From Nitrososphaeraceae archaeon (GTDB lineage Archaea > Thermoproteota > Nitrososphaeria > Nitrososphaerales > Nitrososphaeraceae), in the NCBI GenBank assembly GCA_036380415.1, contig DASVEV010000025.1, forward strand, positions 1-59,200: a stretch of 59,200 nucleotides of DNA. The letters run 5' to 3'. Each line of letters begins with the position of its first letter. The stretch's first letter is position 1. A program made the position numbers and the translations under genes. Below, in pieces: positions 51,027 through 59,200 of the stretch. The notes below the pieces were generated by a model, which was not told the DNA's origin, made no database searches, and saw only the letters and a list, made by a program, of their open reading frames with translations.

Positions 51027-53480
51027 TTGCATTATTTAGAAGATACGGTGAGAATGAAATATAAAATAAATTCAAAAATAAATAAAATCAATTTATATTA
51101 TATCTTTTCTTTACTAGTTTTTTTTTTAATTCCAGTTACATTGCTCAATAATGGATATTCACAAAGTGATTCTGTAAATGATGAGCGAGACTCTCAAATA
51201 GATATTAAAAAAAAATTTATTTTATATATTAATCTAGAAAGAATAAACTCTCAATTAGATCTTAGTGAAGAGAATGTAGAATATAAAAATCTAGATAAAG
51301 CATTTTCACAGGCTTACATTACTCATACGATTCTTTTTCCTAACATCAAACCTGATTTGCAAACAATAGCCCCTGAATTATCTTCTACATTAGAGAAACT
51401 TTTAACTGATTTGCCAATCTTTATTAAAGATGTTAAAAATAAACCTGTCAAAGAAATTAAACAAACAATAGATGAAATAAAAAATACAAATTCTTTGATA
51501 AGTAATAAAATAATAGGAAATAACACTCTCAATGATAAGAATTTTCTAATTCAAAGCTCACTTCAATTATTAAAGGATGCTTCTAACCTAGTTAGTATTT
51601 TTAGTTCATCTGACATAGTAGAACAAAAAAACCTTGATTATGATAGTATAAAGGGAGTACTAGACAGATCAAAATATCAAATCAATAAAATTTCATCAGA
51701 TGATTTAAGATATAATGAAAAGTATCAAATATTGTCGATGTATTCAAAAATAGAACAAAATTGGGATCAAAAAAATTTTAACGCTTTATCTTCATCTATT
51801 ACTTCTCTTCAAAGTTATTTGACACCATTATTAAATGCCAATAACTCTAACACAAATCTTCCTAATGAGTATCAGAATTACTTTTCAAATATTACTACCT
51901 TATTGGATAATGTGGTTGTCGAAATCAGAGAAAACAATGATTATAAACAAGCTGATAAGCATGTTATGTCTGCATATCTAGATAACTATGAATATCTTGA
52001 AGCTCCCATTGAAAAAAATGATCCGGATCTGATGGTCGATATAGAACTTGACATGCGAGAGAATCTCAGGAAACTTATTAAAGGTAATGAAAAATTAAAA
52101 GTTATTGAACCATTTGTTACTCAAATTAAAGCTAAATTAAATAACGCTAAACAGACCTTAGAAAATGATCTCACAATAGTGAATGATAGTAATAGTAATT
52201 CAAACAAATTAATTTCTAAAGAACATAATCTTGCTGATATTGAAGAACTTAGTAAAGGTTTTGGATCTTTTCAGGGAGAACAAAAACAAATGGGTGAATC
52301 TACAGATCCTCAAAAACAAGATGTTAGAAATGAAATAGACCAAATTAGAATAAACCTTCAACATGTGTTAAATTTATACAAAGATAATAAATATGATGAA
52401 GCATTACTAGTTTCACGTTCAGCTTACCTAGATAGTTATGAGAATATAGAACTACCACTTAGACCAATCGATCCAGATTTTACTTTAGATATGGAAATTA
52501 AATTTGCTGAACTCAGAAACATGATAGAACAAAGATCGAAATATGAAAATATTGTAAAAAAGATTGGTGAAATTCAAAAGGGATTGGATGAATCTGAAAC
52601 GTTAGTTTCAGGAATTGGTACAATAGCACCTGGTATTGCCTTTTCATCGTCATTTTCTATTATATTTAGAGAAGGATTAGAATCGGCATTAATCATCGGA
52701 GCAATCATTACATATTTAGAAGCTTCTAGAAATGATCGATTCAAAAAACATGTGTATTATGGTATAATTCTCGCTGCTGGTGCAACTGCTCTTACATGGA
52801 TCATTGCAGAATTCTTTATCGAACTGTCTGGTGCAAGTAGAGAACTTATCGAAGCTATAGCTGGAATTTCTGCTGTAGCTGTATTATTCTGGGTTAGTTT
52901 TTGGGTTCTTAATAAAATAGAGACAAAAAAATGGATAGAATTTGTGAAGTCAAAGGTTTGGAAAGCAACTACAACAGGCAGTGTGATGGTATTTGTCGCG
53001 CTGTCATTTTTTACAGTATATAGAGAAGGATTCGAAACTGTCTTGTTTTATCAAGCAATGTTGTCTTATGCCAAACACATGGAACTTTTTGTTATATTGG
53101 GAATGATTATAGGCTTAGCAGTAATAATAGTAGTAGCATTTCTAGTCAGAAAACTGGGAAAGAAGCTACCATTAAGAGTTCTATTTGGTCTAACTATGGG
53201 CATAGGAGCATATATGTCAATAACCTTTTTGGGAAATGCTATTCGTGAGTTTCAAGAAGTTGGATATATAACAACCACACATTTATTCGGAATAATTCCA
53301 AGGCTAGATGTAAATCTAGCAACTATGACTGGTATACATCCTACTCTCGAAACTGTTGTTGCTCAACTAATTCTATTATCTGTATATCTTGTCGGTTCAG
53401 CGTATATCCTTGTTATTCAGCCACGGAAAAAGAAACTTATCGAATCCTCTCGCAAATCTATGTCGGATTTTAAAAAATAA
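51027..53480 (+). CDS. ftr1: FTR1-family high-affinity iron permease with long extracellular helical N-terminus
   Basis: Two RExxE motifs (FREGLES, YREGFET) and a multi-TM C-terminus; repeated AYLD.YE..E units; true start likely ATG 51054. Confidence 0.92.
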   Translation: MHYLEDTVRMKYKINSKINKINLYYIFSLLVFFLIPVTLLNNGYSQSDSVNDERDSQIDIKKKFILYINLERINSQLDLSEENVEYKNLDKAFSQAYITHTILFPNIKPDLQTIAPELSSTLEKLLTDLPIFIKDVKNKPVKEIKQTIDEIKNTNSLISNKIIGNNTLNDKNFLIQSSLQLLKDASNLVSIFSSSDIVEQKNLDYDSIKGVLDRSKYQINKISSDDLRYNEKYQILSMYSKIEQNWDQKNFNALSSSITSLQSYLTPLLNANNSNTNLPNEYQNYFSNITTLLDNVVVEIRENNDYKQADKHVMSAYLDNYEYLEAPIEKNDPDLMVDIELDMRENLRKLIKGNEKLKVIEPFVTQIKAKLNNAKQTLENDLTIVNDSNSNSNKLISKEHNLADIEELSKGFGSFQGEQKQMGESTDPQKQDVRNEIDQIRINLQHVLNLYKDNKYDEALLVSRSAYLDSYENIELPLRPIDPDFTLDMEIKFAELRNMIEQRSKYENIVKKIGEIQKGLDESETLVSGIGTIAPGIAFSSSFSIIFREGLESALIIGAIITYLEASRNDRFKKHVYYGIILAAGATALTWIIAEFFIELSGASRELIEAIAGISAVAVLFWVSFWVLNKIETKKWIEFVKSKVWKATTTGSVMVFVALSFFTVYREGFETVLFYQAMLSYAKHMELFVILGMIIGLAVIIVVAFLVRKLGKKLPLRVLFGLTMGIGAYMSITFLGNAIREFQEVGYITTTHLFGIIPRLDVNLATMTGIHPTLETVVAQLILLSVYLVGSAYILVIQPRKKKLIESSRKSMSDFKK

Positions 53481-53513
53481 TTGCTATTATGTTGGTAAGG
53501 CTACATTTATAAG

Positions 53514-53541
53514 TTAGTCTGACCTAATTAGTTTGGCCTAA
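53514..53541. promoter_or_regulatory. tandem pair of DtxR-type operators upstream of the wHTH gene
   Basis: TTAGT-CTGA-CCTAA plus TTAGT-TTGG-CCTAA between TATA TTTATAAG (53506-53513) and ATG 53543. Confidence 0.62.
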
Positions 53542-53542
53542 T

Positions 53543-53872
53543 ATGTATAGCTTAACTGAAATCAAGAATAGTTGGAATATAGATAAAAATGAAACAATTT
53601 CTTTTTTAAATAATATCCTCGAAAATGATACATATAAAATTGTTTTATCTGTTATGGAAAATTCTAAAACAGTTTATGAAATTCACGAAGAAACATCTCT
53701 TCCGTTAAGTTCCATATATAAAAGAATAAAAAAACTAGAAGATATAGGTATAATATCAATAGAGAAAATTACTATTAATAATAAAGGACGCAAATTAATT
53801 TTTTATAAAAGTAAAATAAAAAACTTAACTTTTAAGCTAAATGAGAAGGATGTAAGTCTATTAATAACCTAA
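53543..53872 (+). CDS. winged helix-turn-helix (ArsR-like) transcriptional regulator
   Basis: SKTVYEI.....LPLSSIYKRIKKLED.GII...GRKLIFYKS. Confidence 0.88.
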   Translation: MYSLTEIKNSWNIDKNETISFLNNILENDTYKIVLSVMENSKTVYEIHEETSLPLSSIYKRIKKLEDIGIISIEKITINNKGRKLIFYKSKIKNLTFKLNEKDVSLLIT

Positions 53873-53919
53873 AAAATCTTTAGTTACACTGTAATTATAT
53901 TGAAATGAAATAAAAATTA

Positions 53920-56421
53920 TTGGAATGGTTTATCAAACTCCTATATATATTAGGAGTATATAGTAAGAATACCTTTGATTGGAAAAAGATTAATATGAGA
54001 TTATTTTATCTTTTTAAGATTATTACACCTTTTATGACTTATAATCCAGTAGGCAATTATAAAAAATCATTTAGCTTATATTATTACGATCTAGTTCGTT
54101 CATTATTTGTTACACTTGCTTTCACAGGTATACTCTCAACTGGCTGGTTTGGAATTCCGTTAGCTCCACGTTATTTTACTGATACACCAATAAATAACTT
54201 AGATGTAATATTCGCAATTTTTAGTTCTTTAGGAAGTATTTGGGGTCTGATGGCATATAGAGAATTTACAAAAACCAGAGATAATGTTTTGTTAGTCAGA
54301 GAACTGTGCAAAAAAGTAGATCCACTTATTGGTGATTATGACTATTCAACTTTTAATCCTATTACTAAAAAATATGAACCAGGTTACGTTCCGTTAGGAC
54401 CAACTGATTTCTGGGACAAGGAAACTGTGGTTCCTGAATGGTTAGATAAAGGAAAATATTGGCATATTATGCTTAGATTGCAAATTAAAAACAAAGATAT
54501 AATTCTTAAAGTTGTTAAAGATAATGATTTGCCTTTTTTTTCTGGAAGAAGAAACGTTGCAACAACTTCAAGAGAAAACTTAAAAACTGGTAGTATGTTT
54601 AAAAGAAGATATCGCTATGTTGTTTGTGTTCCACAATGGTTGGTAATGAACACTGAATTTAGTAATTTTTCTAGAAGTAAACTAAATGTGAATGATTCTG
54701 ATTTTGGTTTATTAATGAATGCTATTAATAAACAACTTGGATTAGCATCAAATGACATCACAGAACATGAAAAACAACGAATTAAATATTCATGGAGATT
54801 TAGTTCCTTACCAATTTACTTAATAAAGAGTTTACCAATTCAAGTTATTTACAAAGAAATTTTTAATAAAACCGCTAAATATATCCCCGCAGAAAAAAAA
54901 CATATTATTGAAGAAACTAATGTTAATTTGGCTTATTTAAGTAATGATGAATTAATTGAATCATTACTAGTTGTTGCAAGGCTTAAGAATATCAGATCGA
55001 GAAGTATAGAAAAAATTAATATTCTTTTACAATTTCTAAAAAATGAATATGAAAAATTAGGGTTAGGTGATGGTTCCAAGAGATATCATAACCTTCACCA
55101 TAGTCTGGAGGTTGCATATGTTAGTTTGCAGATGTTACCTGAAGAATTACATGGATTCTATTTTTCAGGAGAAGATTATGAATATATCTTAGTAGCAAGC
55201 TTATTACATGATTATGATCCTCATCAATATAATTATAAAACCAGTATAGGATTATTTCGATTTGAAGGTCCTAAAGTTGAAAATACAATCAGAGAACTCT
55301 TAAAAATTAGAATTATAGATGCTTATTTTAGTATGAATGAAGTTGAGTTCAAAAATTATTTCCGTCAGTATCAGTATCCCCTATTACCACCAGTTGATTA
55401 TGTTACTACTCATCCTGAGTTTGTGAAGCCTCAAAAACCTCTCCAAAGTTTAATAATTGAAGCATTGATCTGGAGAACAGATTATCCATTTAAAAAAAAA
55501 CCGCATGCTCAAAGGAACTACCACGATCTAATTGATAAAATTTCTAATTTAATTGGATCCTCTGAAAAATACATGCTATTATCTGAAGTTTTATCTTTAG
55601 CAGATTTATCTGTAACATATATGAGCTCCGATCCTATTAGTGCATGGTACAGAGTAACAAGTCTATATGAAGAATTAAACCTTCCACGATTTGAGGCTAT
55701 TTCTAGAACTGATCAATTTTTCTCAGAAATCATGAAACTTGAGTTATTTCAAGAATTATTAAACAATCGTAATTTTTCTGGGGTTTTCAAGCAACGATGG
55801 AATTTGGTTTATCAGTTTTATCATGAGGGAAATCCATCAACTCAAATAAACAGGACGATAGAAAATGCTCAAAGTTCATATTCAAAAATTAACTTACAAA
55901 TTGGTATCAAAACTGGAGATTTTTTGTACCTTATTGCATTAGAACATAAAGATGAATATTTTATAGGCATAAGTACTGATGAAGACGCTGTACTCAATAT
56001 TAAAGATAAATTTGCCAATTTAAAACAACAAAATATATCGTGTTTTTGGGGTGATGCAAAAAAAGTGTTACCTAATCTTCCGAGGATGTCTATTGATAAT
56101 ATTTTATTTATAATGAATAATTTTCCTGATTTCAATAATCATAATGGACAAGACCCAGAATTATTGTTATTATTTAAAAGAGCTTCGATACCACTTAAAT
56201 TACATGGTACGTTTCAAATTCTTACTAATATAAAGAAAAATAGTGATATGGAAAAAGAAATAATAAAAATTGCATCAAATTGTGGATTTCAACTATTGAA
56301 AAGTAACAATGATTGTAAAATATATTTCCCTCAATCATATATTCCAAAAGAATTTTCTCAACATGATTCAGTTTCATTATTAATATTTCATCCTTGTCTT
56401 AATTCTACTATTGTCGGATAA
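53920..56421 (+). CDS. membrane-anchored HD-domain (PDEase-like) protein with C-terminal degenerate SAM-methyltransferase (TrmB-like) fold
   Basis: Two N-terminal TM helices; YHNLHH...LLHDYD...LADL; C-terminal LQIGIKTGDFL...FIGIS...GDAKK...SIDNI...NFPD; true start probably ATG 53995 or 54034. Confidence 0.75.
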   Translation: MEWFIKLLYILGVYSKNTFDWKKINMRLFYLFKIITPFMTYNPVGNYKKSFSLYYYDLVRSLFVTLAFTGILSTGWFGIPLAPRYFTDTPINNLDVIFAIFSSLGSIWGLMAYREFTKTRDNVLLVRELCKKVDPLIGDYDYSTFNPITKKYEPGYVPLGPTDFWDKETVVPEWLDKGKYWHIMLRLQIKNKDIILKVVKDNDLPFFSGRRNVATTSRENLKTGSMFKRRYRYVVCVPQWLVMNTEFSNFSRSKLNVNDSDFGLLMNAINKQLGLASNDITEHEKQRIKYSWRFSSLPIYLIKSLPIQVIYKEIFNKTAKYIPAEKKHIIEETNVNLAYLSNDELIESLLVVARLKNIRSRSIEKINILLQFLKNEYEKLGLGDGSKRYHNLHHSLEVAYVSLQMLPEELHGFYFSGEDYEYILVASLLHDYDPHQYNYKTSIGLFRFEGPKVENTIRELLKIRIIDAYFSMNEVEFKNYFRQYQYPLLPPVDYVTTHPEFVKPQKPLQSLIIEALIWRTDYPFKKKPHAQRNYHDLIDKISNLIGSSEKYMLLSEVLSLADLSVTYMSSDPISAWYRVTSLYEELNLPRFEAISRTDQFFSEIMKLELFQELLNNRNFSGVFKQRWNLVYQFYHEGNPSTQINRTIENAQSSYSKINLQIGIKTGDFLYLIALEHKDEYFIGISTDEDAVLNIKDKFANLKQQNISCFWGDAKKVLPNLPRMSIDNILFIMNNFPDFNNHNGQDPELLLLFKRASIPLKLHGTFQILTNIKKNSDMEKEIIKIASNCGFQLLKSNNDCKIYFPQSYIPKEFSQHDSVSLLIFHPCLNSTIVG

Positions 56422-56497
56422 TATTTGTTGACCCATTCATTACCAGAGTGTTGTTAAAAGTATATAAAGAAATGAAAAACTAGACTATTAAAAAGCA

Positions 56498-57568
56498 ATG
56501 ACAAAAAAAATCCGGGTTGCAATCGCTGGAGTAGGAAACTGTGCTTCAGCTCTGGTTCAAGGAATCCATTATTACAATTCAGTAAATGAGAAGGATTGTA
56601 TTGGTTTGACTGCATATGATTTAAATGGTTATACTCCTGTAGATATTGAATTTGTAGCAGCTTTTGATGTTTCAGATTCAAAAGTTGGCCTAGACCTGTC
56701 TGAGGCAATTTTTTCCAACCCGAATAATGCTATAAAAATTACAAATGTTAATAATTTGGATGTTAAAGTAAATAAAGGAAAAGTTTTAGATGGGGTAGGT
56801 AGACACCTTGCAGAAAAAATAAACGTATCAAATCATCCTACATCCAATATATCCGAGGTATTGAAAGATTCCCAAACAGATATCCTTTTGAATTATTTGC
56901 CCGTTGGAAGTCGCGCAGCAACAAAATTTTATGCAGAACAGTGTTTGGCTGCAGGCGTTTCATTTATCAATGCAATTCCAGTTTTTATTGCATCTGAGCC
57001 TCAATGGCAACAGTCATTTAAAGAGAAGAACCTTTTGTGTGCAGGCGACGATGTAATGAGTCAAATGGGAGCCACAGTTGTACATAAAACATTAGTAAAA
57101 TTATTTATTGATAGAGGTGTTAAAGTGGATGATACATACCAACTAAACATAGGTGGTGACATGGATTTTTATAATATGTTAGATGAGGAGAGATTAGAAG
57201 ATAAAAGAATAAGTAAAACCAGTGCGGTTGAAGCAATGTCGCCATATTCTATTCCTATGAGGATAGGTCCATCAGATTTTGTAGAATCATTAAAAAATGA
57301 TAAAGTGTGTTATATTAATATCCGTGGTAAAAAATTTGGAAATATTCCAATAGAACTAGACCTGAAACTTCGGGTAGCGGATGCATATAATAGTGCGGGA
57401 ATTATGATCGATGCAATTCGTGCTACCAAAATAGGAATAGATAGAGGCTTATCAGGAGCATTAGAAAGTGTTTCTGCATATTGTTTTAAACATCCTCCAA
57501 TCCAAATGTCGTATACTCAAGCAAAAGAAAAATTTCTGCAGTTTATTAATGGAGAACAAGACACATAA
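56498..57568 (+). CDS. ino1: myo-inositol-1-phosphate synthase
   Basis: GVGNCASALVQG, NYLPVGS, NAIPVFIAS, GDD..SQ.GAT, QLNIGG.MDF, K.ISKT.AV, NSAG...DA. Confidence 0.95.
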   Translation: MTKKIRVAIAGVGNCASALVQGIHYYNSVNEKDCIGLTAYDLNGYTPVDIEFVAAFDVSDSKVGLDLSEAIFSNPNNAIKITNVNNLDVKVNKGKVLDGVGRHLAEKINVSNHPTSNISEVLKDSQTDILLNYLPVGSRAATKFYAEQCLAAGVSFINAIPVFIASEPQWQQSFKEKNLLCAGDDVMSQMGATVVHKTLVKLFIDRGVKVDDTYQLNIGGDMDFYNMLDEERLEDKRISKTSAVEAMSPYSIPMRIGPSDFVESLKNDKVCYINIRGKKFGNIPIELDLKLRVADAYNSAGIMIDAIRATKIGIDRGLSGALESVSAYCFKHPPIQMSYTQAKEKFLQFINGEQDT

Positions 57569-57630
57569 TAATTAATCTAGAAGTTATTTATTTAGTTCAT
57601 TTTTTTATCATCAACCAAATAAAATTACAT

Positions 57631-57697
57631 GACAAACTCCAAACTCAAGATCTTCTTCATTTTAAATTCAGTAGGGCTAGTTTCGTCATTGTTTGCC
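57631..57697 (-). ncRNA. C/D box 2'-O-methylation guide sRNA (predicted target tRNA-Leu(CAA) C34)
   Basis: Minus strand GGCAAAC-A-AUGACGA(C)-AACUAGCCCUA-CUGA(D')-AUUUAAA-AUGAAGA(C')-AGAUCUUGAGUU-UGGA(D)-GUUUGUC; 7-bp terminal stem, 11- and 12-nt guides. Confidence 0.78.
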
Positions 57698-57787
57698 AAA
57701 AGGCAGTGAATTATATAAAATAAAAAGTTATCTGATATATTGTATTACAGATAATTTTGTTATTGCAAAGTCGTATTCATTTAAATG

Positions 57788-58558
57788 TTAGGGGTTATTC
57801 CTAGCATCATTCCACAAATAGTTAAAATAATCTTTTGCATATCCTGCTAGTCCTGGGTGTTCTGCCCAGATTGCAATGGGTTCAGAACTACCCTTCCGAT
57901 TTCCTTCTTCTCCTAATAAGATTAAAACTTGAGTGCCATCACCGATAACTCCTCCACCGAACATGTTATCTTTAATTCTTACATCTGCAATTCTTGAAAT
58001 AGTTTTTATAATTTCTGTATTCGTTCCTTCTGAAACAAGAACTACAATTCTTATACCTTTATCGTGTAAACTTCGTAGCATAGGTTGTAATGGTTTAGCT
58101 ATTTCCTGTGCTATTTGTGGTAACGCTATTAACAATTCTCTTTGGCTATTCTGAATGATCTCACTTACTTTACTTGCAATGTTATAGAAACCTCTTACTA
58201 CCCATATTTCTGGTTTTTCTTTTATTCCGCTTTTTTCATAAATAGGCATTAGTTCATTCCTAATGATTTCCTCATTACTTTTAATTTCATTTTCTTTTTG
58301 GAGTCTTATTGCATCCAATGCAGTAGAAGGAGATTTTGGAAAAAATGTTTGTGGCCTCGAACTATCTGATTCAAGCCAAACTTTATTTTCCAAACTATTC
58401 AATACTTCATAAATTTTTGAGTATGGAACACCTGATGTTTTACTTATATCTGCTGCTGTCATAGAGCCATGCTCTAATAATGATAAATATACTTTAATTT
58501 CATAACTTGTTAAGCCAAGACTTTCCATTGATTTTCTCGACTTGTCGGTAATGTTCAT
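57788..58558 (-). CDS. TrmB-family transcriptional regulator
   Basis: LGLTSYEIKVY, TAADIS..SGVPYSKIYEVL..L...W wHTH plus C-terminal effector domain. Confidence 0.92.
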   Translation of the reverse strand: MNITDKSRKSMESLGLTSYEIKVYLSLLEHGSMTAADISKTSGVPYSKIYEVLNSLENKVWLESDSSRPQTFFPKSPSTALDAIRLQKENEIKSNEEIIRNELMPIYEKSGIKEKPEIWVVRGFYNIASKVSEIIQNSQRELLIALPQIAQEIAKPLQPMLRSLHDKGIRIVVLVSEGTNTEIIKTISRIADVRIKDNMFGGGVIGDGTQVLILLGEEGNRKGSSEPIAIWAEHPGLAGYAKDYFNYLWNDARNNP

Positions 58559-59083
58559 TGAACCATTTTAATTATTTAACGTAATATATGTATGTTCAAT
58601 TATACTTTAAGAGTAAATCATTTTAACTATCTATTTTTTTAGATCTTTTTGTTATTATCAAAATGTTTTCAATATTTCTTCATGTCTCATTCTCTTTTAC
58701 TAACATCAATTGTAGAATGGTTCTGTTATTTTTTTAGAAAAATTACAATTCTTTAGTTATGTATCGGGGAAAAATGTAACGATATTCAAAATGAAATTTT
58801 TCTGCAATGATATCTTCAATCGATAATCATCTCTTAATTTATAATTGATTATAATCGATTTTGTGAATATATATCTTATTATAATAAGTATTCATAAATA
58901 TTGAATTAGTTTTCATGAAAATTTAAAATATCAATTTTTATATCATCTTTCATATATATAATAACTAGTATTATATATTCAAAAAACATAAAATCTTTTT
59001 AAGTTTATCTTTTGAACCAGTGAGTATTAATTATTTTCATATCAAGGAAAGTTTAATAACCTATTTAATTTTTTTTTGTCTAT

Positions 59084-59200
59084 ATGCCTAAATTCAAATC
59101 AACTCAAGATATTATTAGAATTATTGATACTAAAGATCAAATACGTAATTTTGGTGTTATTGCTCATGTAGATCATGGTAAAACTACCATGAGTGATAGT
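59084..59200 (+). CDS. fusA: translation elongation factor EF-2, 5' end (runs off the window)
   Basis: MPKFKSTQDIIRIIDTKDQIRNFGVIAHVDHGKTTMSDS contains the EF-2 G1 box. Confidence 0.93.
   Translation, partial: MPKFKSTQDIIRIIDTKDQIRNFGVIAHVDHGKTTMSDS

Noticed and set aside
653-58154. Many 60-140 aa ORFs in the track overlapping real genes (e.g. 653-886, 1376-1750, 7373-7666, 17508-17888, 18022-18372, 19276-19704, 34094-34522, 56454-56708, 57933-58154)
   Set aside because: Antisense or alternate-frame shadows of well-supported genes, with no motifs of their own
1-59200. tRNA, rRNA, CRISPR arrays, transposases and anti-phage defence operons
   Set aside because: No cloverleaf or T-loop signatures, repeat-spacer arrays or recognisable motifs seen by eye; the JAMM and HD genes lack defence-system neighbours

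Overview
A very AT-rich archaeal chromosome segment. Gene content points to Nitrososphaerota (Thaumarchaeota), probably a soil Nitrososphaeraceae/Nitrosocosmicus-like ammonia oxidiser; this is inferred from protein families, not from a database search. Most of the window is housekeeping: pelota, Nop5-fibrillarin, RNase HII, Trm1, UbiD, thermosome, ThrRS, AtpI, TIM, FBP aldolase/phosphatase, topoisomerase IA, inositol-phosphate synthase and the start of EF-2. I saw no rRNA, tRNA, CRISPR array, transposase or integrase. Main observations: (1) A dispersed surface-glycan locus at about 19.9-34.6 kb has a processive HAS/Cps1-type GT2 divergent from a truncated UDP-sugar dehydrogenase, a membrane-anchored AlgG-like beta-helix lacking the DPHD catalytic motif, a GH5-like hydrolase, a Dol-P-sugar synthase, a GT-C and an HprK-related kinase. 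It is a candidate archaeal uronic-acid exopolysaccharide system. (2) An unannotated C/D-box guide RNA at 57631-57697 has compensatory non-canonical boxes and is predicted to methylate C34 of tRNA-Leu(CAA). (3) A membrane protein fuses an HD/PDEase-like domain to a degenerate TrmB-like methyltransferase fold. (4) Three DtxR-type TTAG(G/T)-N4-CCTAA operators sit at the FTR1 and wHTH promoters. (5) An orphan atpI is followed by a perfect 14-bp hairpin. (6) A decayed island at 46.8-51 kb holds an exact 62-bp copy of the topA active-site region, a metallophosphoesterase pseudogene and a frameshifted C2H2 zinc-finger gene. (7) Four small ORFs are missing from the ORF track.
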